From: Macrostomum lignano
Lineage: Eukaryota
Reading direction: 5' to 3'
DNA: 64,000 bases
Assembly (NCBI GenBank): GCA_002269645.1
Contig: NIVC01000164.1
Location: 1 to 64,000, forward strand
Below the pieces are notes generated by a model that did no database searches, was not told the origin of the DNA, and worked only from the letters and a program-made list of their open reading frames with translations. Both the position numbers and the translations under genes were made by a program. This document shows, piece after piece, positions 52,451-64,000 of the stretch. Position 1 is the stretch's first letter. Every line of letters begins with the position of its first letter.

Positions 52451-52880
52451 CAGTGGCATAGCCAGGGGGCCATCGCCTGGGGGGGTTGGGCGTGGCGGTA
52501 CCAAAAACCATGAGGCAATTGAGTGCCTGCGGCGCTAAAATGAGTGCCTGCGGCGCCAAAATGAGTGCCTGTGGCGCCAAAATGAGTGCCTGCGGCGCCA
52601 AAATGAGTGCCTGCGGCGCCAAAATGAGTGCCTGCGGCGCCAAAATGAGTGCCTGCGGCGCCAAAATGAATGCCTGCGGCAACAAAATGAGTGCCTGCGG
52701 CGCCAAAATGAATGCCTGCGGCAACAAAATGAGTGCCTGCGGCAACAAAATGAGTGCCGTGCCTGCGGCGCCAAAATGAATGCCTGGGGCGCCAAAAGTG
52801 GCATTGGCATAAGGCATGGCCAGCCAGGCCAACCCGCCCCCCCCCCCCCCCCCCAATTGAAATTCCTGGCTACGCCACTG
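52451..52880. mobile_element. hAT MITE containing a 21-bp minisatellite (AAAATGAGTGCCTGCGGCGCC)n
   Basis: TIR CAGTGGCATAGCCAGG / CCTGGCTACGCCACTG; TSD GCAGTAGC / GCAGTAGG (7/8). Confidence 0.88.
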
Positions 52881-53099
52881 GCAGTAGGATTCTTTTTATA
52901 AATTAAATTTTTGCTAACTGTCACAAGGGGAAGTGGACACCCCTAAAACCAAACTAACTACTTAAGCGGTCAACAAATCGCCACTCATATATTGGATCAA
53001 TGCGTGGAGTGGACCCTAGGAAATTTGCCGATAAGAGGGATTTTGAGATGGACCAGAATGCTTATTACTTAATACTACACCGTTCACAGTTTAGAAACA

Positions 53100-53370
53100 A
53101 TGAAGACTGCAAGACCAAAGTTTCCTAATTACGAGAACAGGACTGAGTAGAAAGTGAAGTTCATTTCCTGTTTCAATGTGCTTGGAACTTTTATAGTGCT
53201 CCCCGTGATCACTTTGAACAGGAAATCTCGGATAACCAAATAATTTTTCTTAAATTTTAAATGCCTTACTGCAGAGGATAAAGTACTTTACCCATTGACT
53301 CAATAATATCGAGCCAGTGGAAATTCTAGCAAAACTCATCAAAGATATGCACAAGCCAGAATCCAACTGC
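53100..53370 (+). mobile_element. Highly decayed non-LTR retrotransposon C-terminal region
   Basis: VESEVHFLFQC..FYSAPRDHFEQEI...LAKLIKDMHK resembles the post-RT E-x-E-x-HF-x3-C motif; several stops/frameshifts. Confidence 0.45.
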
Positions 53371-53964
53371 CATTGTGCCCCATAATGTTATTACAGTGGC
53401 TGTGTTATTCAGGTGTATCTAATATTGTGTAATGGTTTTTACACAAGCAGCACAAAAACTGTACATTGTTCGATGAGTCAACGAGCTAGCTCGTAGAATC
53501 ATTGAAAATCCTCTCTCTAGTAGGATAATAGAGAGGAAAAAGTTGGTCCTATGCCAGCTTATTTCTCTGAAATGCACATCATTGTGGGTTCTCCAGCACC
53601 CAAGAAGTCCTCCAGCTGTCAAAGCGCGAAACTGAGACTTCAGACACTCACCAACTTGCTCTCTAGAGACTTACGTTGACGAAATATCCTCATTTCTCCC
53701 TATTAACCCACTAAGGCTATGGCTGAATCAGACTTTAGACAAATATGGTTATCCCAGTTGACATTCTCTTTAACTTAGCTGTAGCTAAGGTACTTATGAG
53801 GTTGGAAATGCCAGTGCCTCTTTTAAAGTTTTTTAGATTTCTGAGATCTATAGACAGTTATGCTCAAAAATAATGATAGCAAGCGTATGTACATTTAATA
53901 GGAGTATATGCATATGATCATCGGTAGAGACTTATATACTTATATTTTCATAAAATTGTATCGT

Positions 53965-54455
53965 TCAGTCAATTTTTGTATATTTTTCCATAAACTTACT
54001 TTCTTTTCCATCCAGATAATCCACTACTTGCGTAAAATCTGACACCGCGAGCCGGGAAAGTGACTCAATTGAAGCCAGAAAAGCGAAGCAGAGCAGTGAA
54101 TGCTTGTAAGAACCGAACCAATCATTGTTTAATCCTTTTACATTTTCGATTTGCGCTCCTAAACCACTCAAAAAGTTCAAAAGCAGCCCCGATCTAAAAA
54201 ATTGTTTGTCCAGGGATTCTTTCACAAGCCAGCACAAGAGCACACTATACTGGCACAACAGTGACACAGCATTGTCGGGAAGCAGTGCACCTTTTTGATT
54301 AGGTCCGAAGGAAATAAGAGCAAAATTGGTTTTTAGTATGATCAGAGTCCACAGGATCAGGTTCACTACTTGCAGACTTTTACTTTCCGATAACAACAAC
54401 ACCAAAACACAATTAAAAGAAGCAACCCAGAAAAGAAAGGTCATGCGGTCAGGGT
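53965..54455 (-). pseudogene. ~160-codon open hydrophobic helical segment, possibly the C-terminal half of a Mab-21/cGAS-like receptor, cut by a LINE
   Basis: HPD..FWVASF..LLL..Q..LIILK..LLCQY..LCWLVKE..LLLNFL spacing resembles the Mab-21 C-terminal lobe; alternatively a multipass membrane fragment; the upstream part of ORF 54621 is LINE-derived. Confidence 0.35.
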
Positions 54456-54459
54456 GCGT

Positions 54460-55170
54460 CAGATGCAAGGTGCAAGCATCAGGACGTCTTGTTGAGAGGC
54501 TGGGGGCAACAGCTCTCGATCGGCCCGGATAACGGGGCCCGCCAGTTGAAGTCGCCCACCGACACAGGATGATAAACGAGCCTTCCAGCTGGACCCTCTT
54601 GGACAAGGCCTCTGTCCTCATGGTCTCGTCAGCTCAAAAGGCCGCACGGAGCAGGGCGCCAAGTCCAGCTGCCGCTCCAGCCGTCAGCGTCACACCTCGG
54701 CTTTGTACAGCAGGACGGCGTCGACCACAGCTTGCCACATGAGTCTCGCGGTCGGGCAGTGCTTCCGACGGAAGGACAGCCCGGATGGATCGGTAGGCCT
54801 TCCAGGCAAGTCTGGAAGCCACACTTTGGTCAGCTCGTCGATCTGGCGCTGGGCGCCTTTAACAGTTGATGACAGGAGGGCGAGATTGTCGGCGTAGCCA
54901 AGCACTCTGAGGCGCTTTTCTCTATGACGCCTGCGCAGCGGAAAGCCGTCGTCAGCCAAGGGGGTGGGGTGGGGATGGGGGTGCGTTCTGGAACGGTGCC
55001 AGCCTGTCGCCCTACTACAGAACACCAGACAAGATCGTGAGCAGTCGGTTCCTCCTGAGAGCGCTCCATGTTTAGCCGCACTTGCCTGATGGTGAGGTCA
55101 CCCTGCAAGACACCGGCTGTTCATCAGCAGCTCTCACGGCGGCGATGCCTTGGCAGTCACTTAGAACTGC
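54460..55170 (-). mobile_element. Degenerate RTE-like LINE, same family as 18880
   Basis: GVLQGDL.., GYADNLALLSSTVKGAQRQIDEL; nucleotide similarity to 19480-19630 extends down to ~54460. Confidence 0.85.
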
Positions 55171-55224
55171 CGTTTGCTGCTGACTGACTTTTCTGCGCGC
55201 GTGTGCACAAGTGTGTCGAGACGT

Positions 55225-55525
55225 ACTCGTAGTGTGTCAAGTGTGTCAAGAGTGTGTCAAGATTGTGTCAAGAGTGTGTCAAGAGAGTGTCAAGAGAGTC
55301 TCACGAGTGTGTCAAGAGTTTGTCAAGAGTGTGTCAGTGTGTCAAGAGTGTGTCAAGTGTGTCAAGTGTGTCAAGAGTGTGTCAAGAGAGTGTCAAGAGA
55401 GTCTCATCAGTGTGTCAAGAGTTTGTCAAGAGTGTGTCAAGTGTGTCAAGAGTGTGTCAAGAGAGTGTCAAGAGTGTGTCAAGAGAGTGTCAAGAGTGTC
55501 AAGAGTGTGTCAAGAGTGTCAGGAT
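55225..55525. repeat. (GTGTCAAGAG)-type ~10-bp repeat
   Basis: Direct. Confidence 0.92.
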
Positions 55526-55696
55526 ATACACAGGGAGCGCTCGTGCGTGTGCGCGCTTATGTAGCCGTCCCTTTACTCATGCTTCTGTCAAGGAACATTA
55601 GGAAAACTTCGTTTCTTCGTCCTTGACGACTATATTTCTGAAACAGGTGTGTATTATGCTACTCGCAGTAGCTTGAATATAAAAATAAAGATAAAA

Positions 55697-55895
55697 CCAG
55701 GGGCTTTAGCACCAGGGGCTTTAGCACCAGGGGCTTTAGCACCAGGGGCTTTAGCACCAAGGCCTTTAGCACCAGGGGCTTTAGCACCAGGGGCTTTAGC
55801 ACCAGGGGCTTTAGCACCAAGGCCTTTAGCACCAGGGGCTTTAGCACCAGGGGCTTTAGCACCAGGGGCTTTAGCACCAGGGGCTTTAGCCAGGG
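55697..55895. repeat. 15-bp minisatellite (ACCAGGGGCTTTAGC)n
   Basis: About 13 copies. Confidence 0.96.
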
Positions 55896-57904
55896 TTGAG
55901 TCACTGAGCTAATGAGCTAATAAGCTGAGTCGAGTACTGAAGCTGTACTTGTAGTTGCAGTAGAGAAATATGTGAGCTATACAGACCGCTCCAGTATATT
56001 TATATTTGGCTGGACCGCCATGATAAAAAACTGACATCGATACAGAGTACAGAACAGAACTAACTAGCATAAATTATTCTGAACTATTATTCTGAAACTC
56101 TACTTACAGTAAAAATATAAGAAAAATGCGCTAAGAAAATGATCTATAGTCCATTGCATGTACTTTCCAGCTTAAACTAATATTTTTTTAGTTTAGTCAC
56201 TACACATCTTCCCCCTCTTCGATTGGTTACAAAACCGAGAAGGAAAACAAAAAAATCATTGGGCTTCGCTATACATAGCTTGGTACGATTGTAAACGTAC
56301 GCCCGTAACATGTTTGTGGTACACAGGTGCTTTACACGCTCTTGCACAAGTACTGAAACTGTACTCTCGTGTGAGTTCTACAGCACGCTACGTAAATACT
56401 AGTAGAACCAGACTTCTTTTTCGAAACCAATGAGAGAATACAAGGTAGTATGATGGCAACGATCGTGAAGGGTGTGCTGCCGCACCTCTTGCCCTCCCCT
56501 GGCCCTGACCCCCCTTTTTCTCTCCGTCCCTGTATGGTCAATACAATGCAGTCCCAGCAGTGTGTCCCTTTAATCGGCTATAACTTCGAGATTGTTTTTC
56601 CAGTTCAGAGCCCCTGCTTCTCGGAACCCGATTTTGAGAGAGCTGTCTTCTCAGCTATCATAGAAATAATCGAAATAGAAACCAAATGTTCGCCATATCT
56701 TCGCTACCTTTGGGGCTTGGCTATCTGTCAGGAGTGGGAGGCTAGAGTATGAAGAAACTTTTATGCTCTGCTTTGATGAACATGCAAAGCATTTGAAAGC
56801 CGTACCCCGTAGCTGTGCACTCCTACTAGCCATTGGGCACAGCAAAGCAGTGTTTAAAGGTAATTCCGCGGCTGTCCCATGGCTTTTCCGCGGAGCAAGC
56901 CAATGCGAAAAAGAAGACATTTCTTGGCAGGCAAAGCATTGTACGCAGAGGCGAGGAGAGTGCGTCCAAGGTATAGACCATTTGGAAATTACGAGTATAC
57001 GAGGAAGGCCTTAGAGAGAAGAGAAAAAGCCCTTAAGAAAGGGAACTTCAGTTTTTTAAATATTAGCTGGTACATTACATGTACAAGCCAGGTGTACTGC
57101 TTTCAGAGTATGTTTACTTTTTGATGTAACTTTTGCATATGACGCGTGTACGTACTACTCATAGCTGTTTATGAAGCATGTGGCATAGCCTGCCAGTTGA
57201 TTAACCTAAAAGCGAATATATTATATATAATCTCTAGCTTAATCCTTAAATATTATCGAAAAAATGTTGTAAACAAACCTGTGGTTCAATATAGAAATTC
57301 AACTATATGTGATTATTACCGACTCTCATAGCTAGAGTCTAAAGCATGCTCTTTTTAGTGGGCAGATCCATGGGAAAGCCGCTGAATAGCCCGGGCAGTC
57401 CGAGGCAAATCCGAACAAAGCAGCAACTATCTAATAGCGTTACATTATGAGCTGGGCATTGTGTTTACTCGTAATAGCATTGTCAGTTTGCACTGAAATC
57501 CCACATAGTCACCGAAGTTCTGGAATCAAATAGTTTAGCTGATGTCACTGCGCACGACCTTGCACTAGACTACATTACACTAGGCTAACTCTAGTAAGTT
57601 TGCATTAAACTGATTGAAGTGAAAAGTACAACCGAACATTATTTCACCCACAAGCATGTAAACTTTCACCCCAAATCTGATCTTAACATCTCCTTATCTC
57701 CTCAGATTGACGACAGTTTCTTTGAAAGCCAAGATCTGCGACAATTCTCTGCCTAGCCGAGGCTAAAGTGGACATCTAGCCAATGTTAGTACAAGCTACA
57801 CCGGTATATGTATGTACAGAACACCACAGAATCCTCATTCCAGCTTCCCTGTGCGAAATACGCGGTTTATTAAATGGGAGTACGACATTATCTAGCAGGA
57901 AGCT

Positions 57905-58110
57905 TGCCCGCAGATGTTTACCCCCAGACGTGTACCTCCAAACGTTTAGCTCCAAACGTTTACCCCCAGACGGTTACCCCCAGACGTTTACCTCCAAACG
58001 TTTACCTCCAAACGTTTACCCCCAGACGTTTACCCCCAGACGGTTGCCCCAGACGGTTGACCCCAGACGGTTGCCCCCAGACGGTTGACCCCAGATGTTT
58101 ACCCCCAGAC
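57905..58110. repeat. ~14-bp minisatellite (CCCCAGACGTTTAC)n
   Basis: Direct. Confidence 0.9.
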
Positions 58111-59799
58111 GTCTATGTTCACAGGATAATTCATAGATAAAAAAGGAAATAAAACAACGTCAATGTTAAAAAGACATTGGAACTGAACACAATATTAAGA
58201 TAAGATCAAGGTTGATTTGCACTATCAAGAAGAAAAAATCAACAAAATAAATTTTGAATACAGGGCAGTATAGTCTGTCATGGTCTAAACCATGCATGAT
58301 AATGGCCGAATGGCCTGCGGGCAAACTTCCTACTAATATCGCAGACCCCCAGCTAAATATGTACGGTATAGTCTACTCCTAGTAGCCAAGTAGCAATTTT
58401 TCATAACGTAATTGTGCACGGCGTACGCACATAGTTCCCGGATTGAAGAAGGGTAGCCTATTTTCAGGATGAACGATATTTTATTAAAAGCTCGAGGGAT
58501 ATACGAGACTACATATGTATTTCAGAGCCTGAAGAGAAAGCGAATTATGTATGAAAAGAATTTTCACTGACGAAAGATAAGCGGGACACCATAAAACAAG
58601 CGAATAACAAAATTTCAATAGAATAAACATGCTGTTGTACATGTAGAACAGACCCAGTAGCAGTTTTACCGATTGGCTATAGATTAGCACTGATTGCCTC
58701 TCCTTACTGTTGGAAGTACAATCATTATCTCTGCACGACACGCAGGCTGAGCTGAGACAGTCGTAATCATACGCAAGTGCTGCATGTAAAGAGGGCTAAC
58801 TTCATTCCAAATTCACGGGCAGTGTACTACAGTTTGGGTCACTATTACTGAAAAAACATTTGCGCGCTACTAACCGCAGTAGAAAAATATGGGTATAACT
58901 CCTAAATTTCTGCAACGCTCATTAAATTAAACGATTCTTTCGTCTTCCGACTTACTTGATTGGCTGATAACTTGGAAGAAGTTGGATGATTTAACTAGGG
59001 AGAGGCTATCGCATTTTTAAGCGGGGTATTCTCAGCAAGGAAACTCGAATGAGCATTCTGTGATACTCTGCGTATACAAATGTATGCGTCCGGATATATT
59101 TGCATATTTTTTATATTTAATCCGCAAAGTACGCTCGTATTATAAACGACAGAAACACAGATCACACAGCTAAAAGAGGACATAATTATTGGATACCTGT
59201 GGTAACGTTCCTCATGTACCTATACATGTACAAGTTAAGAGAGAAAAAGAAACTAGTTAAGCCTATTTTGACGGCCCTTGAGAACACAGGGTATATAGCG
59301 GATCCTGGTCGTGCAAATTTAACGTAGTAACGCACGCACACGCCATTGAACCCAGGGACTTTGGAAAAACCATCGGATGCGATAGCACTAACTACATGTA
59401 CGTACTTTGCCATATAGGTTTGGCTATACCATTCACTAATCTTAGCTATGAGTATATAACACACGCTCGTACACTATTGTATTTATTGATGAGTCAAGCA
59501 GAAGGGCCTGAAACTTGTGTTCCTGCATGGGTTTTTTTAATCAAATGGAAAATCAATAAAACCCAGCTACCGTTCAGCACACCATTAATGAACCCTAGCT
59601 GTCTCGAAGCTCGAAAACGACCAATTTCTTTATCTATGGCGATAAAATTTCTGCCGACATGCTCTTGAATCATGCTCGCAAACTGGAGCGGAGTGTCAGC
59701 TAGGTCGCTATAGTTTTTGTCTATCCTATGCGATTTCTTCCTGGAAAGTGTCTATGATCAAATCAGTGCTAACTAAATCAATATAGGCAACATCTAGTA

Positions 59800-60320
59800 T
59801 CCATGAGCTGAAAAATAGACACATCTAGAATCTATGAGCTGAACCATAGACATATCTTGTGTCTATGAGCTGAACCATAGACACATCTAAAATCTATGAG
59901 CTGAACCATAGACACATCTAGTATCTATGAGCTGAACCATAGACACATCTAGTATCTATGAGCTGAACCATAGACATATCTTGTGTCTATGAGCTGAACC
60001 ATAGATACATCTAGTGTCTATGAGCTGAATCATAGACACATCTAGTATCTATGAGCTGAACCATAGACACATCTAGTATCAATGAGCTGAACCATAGACA
60101 CATCTAGTATCAATGAGCTGAACCATAGACACATCTAGTATCTATGAGCTGAACCATAGACATATATTGTGTCTATGAGCTGAACCATAGATACATCTAG
60201 TCTATGAGCTGAACCATAGACATATATTGTGTCTATGAGCTGAACCATAGATACATCTAGTCTATGAGCTGAACCATAGATACATCTAGTCTATGAGCTG
60301 AACCATAGAAGTCTATAGTA
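59800..60320. repeat. 31-bp minisatellite (ATCTATGAGCTGAACCATAGACACATCTAGT)n
   Basis: About 17 copies. Confidence 0.96.
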
Positions 60321-60627
60321 TCTACGAGCAACTGAAGCGCCTTTACTCTGCTGCTTACTCTGCACTCTGGCATGTTTGTTCTGCCCGCCATGCAATATTT
60401 TCGCGCCATACTCTATACTTTCTACTTGTCAGTAGATGAGCTCTGTCTGACACGCTTAAATTTACTTAACCACATGGCGCTTCTTCAATTTGCACTCGAC
60501 TTTACCCCCCTTCCCGCTGACGCAAGTGGGTCCTAGCGGTAAAGGATACTAGAGACTATTCTGGTGTAGCTTGATAACTTTGAATCGAGAACTCCAATGT
60601 GCATGCATTTACATTTTTTCTTTCCAG

Positions 60628-60972
60628 CCTTCCCTGCAGCTGCATCATCCAACCTGATCGACTGGGCGTACTCTCGACAAAGCCTGCATGGCGGCCTTCA
60701 ATGGGCCGACCCAAACGAATCCACCACAGATGCTGCCTTCGAGAGTAATCTCGCATCCGGAGCGTCTGGAATCCCCACTTCTTCATTGCTCACGCTGCAA
60801 AGAAGCAGAAGTGACTTACGTTTGCTTACCATGCAGCCACGCCTCGCTGTGCACTGCGTGCTATCAGGGCATCTGGAACCGGCCTCCGCATCAACTTCTA
60901 CCGACATGCCCCGCTCCGCAGTGCAATCAGCAGGTGAGGGAATTCCTCCCGGTTGTTCTCAGCTTGTACTAA
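60628..60972 (+). CDS. Terminal exon with C3HC4 RING finger (IAP/MDM2/MGRN-like subtype), apparent +1 frameshift near 60775
   Basis: CSRCKEAEVTYVCLPCSHASLCTACYQ..TCPAPQCNQQVREFLPV*; the strong acceptor TTTTTTCTTTCCAG (60627) opens a different frame from the RING; upstream exons not resolved. Confidence 0.7.
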
Positions 60973-61139
60973 AATGCGAGTAGAATAGCTTTGAACCGAG
61001 AGCTTTGCTTCCATTCAGTGACTTGCTTCAACTTGTACATGCATGTAACTCTGACCATTATTTGCGCTTAGCTTGTTAAATTAACTGACTTCCTAACCCC
61101 TTCATGTATTATGCGTGCATAAAGTATAATAACAATACT

Positions 61140-61230
61140 AATGATAATAATTGATGTGCAACCGACAGCAGTTCAGCCGAAGCTATTGCGCGGCGCATCT
61201 GAAAGCTGCGTACGGCTGTTTAGTCCAAAG
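61140..61230 (-). mobile_element. SINE 3' segment, same family as 40280-40575
   Basis: GCAACCGACAG..CAGCCG.AGCTATTGCGC.GCGCATCTGAA.GCTGC..ACGGCTGTTTAGTCCAA shared with 40382-40450. Confidence 0.75.
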
Positions 61231-61274
61231 ACTGGAGGGGTCGCCACACACACCCAAAATAACTCCATCTACAT

Positions 61275-62281
61275 CAGGGATCGGTAACCTTTTTCCACTT
61301 GAGGGCCAGATGAGGTTTTCAGTTCAAGACCACGGGCCACAGGTCACCCCCAATTACTCCGAACACCCCGGGTTTTTACCCTCCAGAATCCACAGCTGGG
61401 TCTTTACCCTCCAGAATCCACCCCCTGGGTCTTTGCCCTCCAGAATCCACAGCTGGGTTTTACCCTCCAGAATCCACAGCTGGGTCTTTACCCTCCAGAA
61501 TCCACAGCTGGGTCTTTACCCTCCAGAATTCACAGCTGGGTCTTTACCCTCCAGAATCCACAGCTGGGTCTTTACCCTCCAGAATCCACCCCCTGGGTCT
61601 TTGCCCTCCAGAATCCACAGCTGGGTTTTACCCTCCAGAATCCACAGCTGGGTCTTTACCCTCCAGAATCCACAGCTGGGTCTTTACCCTCCAGAATTCA
61701 CAGCTGGGTCTTTACCCTCCAGAATCCACCCCCTGGGTCTTTACCCTCCAGAATCCACCCCTGGGTCTTTACCCTCCAGAATCCACAGCTGGGTCTTTAC
61801 CCTCCAGAATTCACAGCTGGGTCTTTACCCTCCAGAATTCACAGCTGGGTCTTTACCCTCCAGAATCCACAGCTGGGTCTTTACCCTCCAGAATTCACAG
61901 CTGGGTCTTTACCCTCCAGAATTCACAGCTGGGTTTTACCCTCCAGAATCCACAGCTGGGTCTTTACCCTCCAGAATCCACCCCTGGGTCTTTACCCTCC
62001 AGAATCCACCCCTGGGTCTTTACCCTAGATTTGCTGTCTAGTCTAGACTTTGTAAACAGCCACTCACAGCCACTCAGTTAGTGTCTCATTACTAATTTGT
62101 CAATAAAATAGTCAACTGAGGAAAGAAATTCCCCATTTTCAGTGCACAAACTTTTCTGGGTGAAACAATGAATTTACAATAAAGGTAGGGACCGGATTAT
62201 AATAATGAAGATAAAGGAAGTTCGCGGGTCGCATAGAAAGTCTTTGAGGGGCCGGATCTGGCCGGAGGTTGCCGAACCCTG
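61275..62281. mobile_element. hAT (Charlie-like) MITE containing a 28-bp minisatellite (CCAGAATCCACAGCTGGGTCTTTACCCT)n at 61370-62030
   Basis: TIR CAGGGATCGGTAACC / GGTTGCCGAACCCTG; TSD ATCTACAT / ATCTATAT (7/8). Confidence 0.85.
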
Positions 62282-62289
62282 ATCTATAT

Positions 62290-62446
62290 GTAGTGCTGGT
62301 ACCCATTTTACCGCTGGGTGAACTGAAGCAGTTCACAGTTAAGTTAAGTTAAGCTCCAGGACACAAATTGTTCTGAGTGGGGATCGGGAATCGAACCCCC
62401 GACCTTCAAGTCGTGAGTCCGACGCTCTAACCACTAGGCCACAACC
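62290..62446 (-). mobile_element. CORE-type tRNA SINE (head + core); an inverted tail piece follows at ~62500-62600
   Basis: CCCATTTTACCGCTGGGTGAACTGAAGC..GTTAAG..CAGGACAC (MIR-core-like), head GGTTGTGGCCTAGTGG..GGTTCGATTC. Confidence 0.75.
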
Positions 62447-63310
62447 CCCTAGAACGTATGCCGTAAAGTACACAGGAAAAGACCTTACTGTACCATTCTT
62501 TAGGTACGCAGCCATAAATAGCCGTACGCAGCCTTCAGATGCGCCGCGCAAATAGCTGCTGCGGCTGAGTTGTCGGTTTCTGCCCATTAGGGTGCAATAA
62601 ATTTTAATTATTATAAATTACTAGCTTATTATTTTTAACGTGAATTAGAAAAATCCCATGTTTTTAATTGTTATTATCTTACAATTGCTTTATAGAACAG
62701 CGCTATGTCCATATTTTAATATTGTTTTTTTCAATATCTCTAAAATCTAACAAATTTTTGATTAATTTACGGAATTAAATTTCGTAAATTATTTTTTCGT
62801 AATTTACGAAATTACGAAATGTATCTATAAACACCGCGGAAAGAATTTTCATTTAACATTCTTTTGCAACTTTTTTTATAAACTGTCGAGCTGGTAGTAG
62901 ACGCTTTCATTCAAATCAGTCATTAAACTTTTTATTTTGCAAATTATTTTTCTTTGATTACCGGTTAATTCCAGATTTAAACAAATATTGCCTCGCCTCA
63001 AAGCATTCATTTTTTATCTTTGGAATTCCTAAAACTTCTTGCGCCCAGTTCCAAAAGCTTTAGCTAATCGAGCGTTTTTTCGGTTTTTATATAACAAGAA
63101 TTAGCAGATCCTTGTTTTAGGATTTTGCTTTTAGTTTCGCACAGAAGACGCACAGATTTAGCTACTTATACTTTTCTATTAAAAGATTTTCTGCTTAAAC
63201 CTACAATATTTTTGAAAGTTTGAAGGAAAGAACGTTTCCTTCCTAGCAAAAAACGTTTTGTTGGTTGCTGGTCAGATCGTCATCGTATTTATTCATCTCA
63301 TTCTATAGGA

Positions 63311-63790
63311 CAGGGGTCAGAAAACTCCGGCCCGTGTGGGCCACATGCGGCCGCGAAGCCTCTCTATACGGCAGTCAGGTCGTTTGAAACTTCACAATCG
63401 CAATTCGGCCCGCTTAAGAGTCTTCTCTCCCCTCTTCTCTCCTCTCTCCCCTCTTCTCTCCTCTCTCCCCTCTTCTCTCCTCTCTCCCCTCTTCCCTCCT
63501 CTCTCCCCTCTTTTCTTTCCTCTCTCCCCTCTTCTCTCCTCTCTCCCCTCTTCTCTCCTCTCTCCCCTCTTCTCTCCTCTCTCCCCTCTTCTCTCCTCTC
63601 TCCCTTCTCCCCTCTCTCACCTCTTCTCTCTCCTCTGTCCCTTTTCTTCCTCTCCTGTCTTCTCTCTCCCCTCTCTTTTCTCCCCTGCATGTCTCTTCTT
63701 TTTTCTCCTCGCCCCCCTCTTATCTCTTGCCGTTTCTCTCATCCCATCTCTCGCCTCTCCTCACTTCTCTTATCTCCTATTTTCTACGGG
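63311..63790 (+). mobile_element. hAT (Charlie-like) MITE 5' part with (TCTCC)n tract; right TIR not found
   Basis: CAGGGGTCAGAAAACT..GGCCGCGAAGCCTCTCTA..TTTGAAACTTCACAAT homologous to the 10858 copy. Confidence 0.7.
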
Positions 63791-64000
63791 CTCTTATTCC
63801 CTCTCCTTTCCTCTCTCATGATGACAAAGTGACCCGAAGTGGGGTGGGATACGAGTAAGACACTAGCTCCATGCAGATGACGAAATGACAAGGAACCGTT
63901 TAACTCAGTTTTTTAAATTCGTGCTTTATTGTACAATCGTGTCCCTCGATAAAACATTTTGTGTACTTTCGGTTTTTTAATTATAAAAACATTTTTAAAA

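Noticed and set aside
49605-52924. Repetitive ORFs (HSVCFTL, GAKMSAC, RGEGR)
   Set aside because: Translations of the 21-bp minisatellites and the polypurine tract
54456-54621. N-terminal part of ORF 53965-54621 seeming to extend the Mab-21-like similarity
   Set aside because: The nucleotides match the RTE LINE 3' region (19480-19630), so any similarity there is spurious
56332-57124. Several 70-100-aa ORFs on both strands
   Set aside because: Coding-like composition, but no recognisable motif or consistent splice model
59335-59395. tRNA-like sequence on the minus strand
   Set aside because: A/B-box remnants only; no complete cloverleaf, probably a decayed SINE head
61151-62041. 296-aa ORF with PSRIHSW repeats
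   Set aside because: Read-through of a SINE tail, a MITE end and the 28-bp minisatellite

Overview
Eukaryotic (animal) genomic DNA with spliceosomal introns, extremely rich in tandem repeats and transposon relics. An invertebrate such as a Macrostomum-type flatworm is plausible, but that is inference from the repeat families. The main result is a tandem family of three highly diverged minus-strand paralogues (A ~9.4-16.8 kb, B ~20.7-26.9 kb, C ~38.5-42.6 kb) that the ORF track misses. I assembled them by hand from splice sites. All three share the same five-exon core and the same intron-phase series (2,1,2,1,2), and encode CUB-like domain + degenerate C-type-lectin-like domain + one transmembrane helix + unrelated cytoplasmic tails. 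Also present: an intact two-coding-exon LITAF/CDIP1-family gene; a C-terminal RING-HC exon with an apparent +1 frameshift; a possible Mab-21/cGAS-like-receptor C-terminal fragment cut by a LINE; a Crypton (DUF3504-type tyrosine recombinase) relic; two long-TIR elements carrying only a Tc1/IS630-type HTH; an internally inverted Gypsy relic; RTE and I/R1-type LINE fragments; CORE-type tRNA SINEs; several hAT MITEs that each host a mini/microsatellite; and more than 20 kb of satellites. All protein-family calls rest on visual motif recognition, not database searches.
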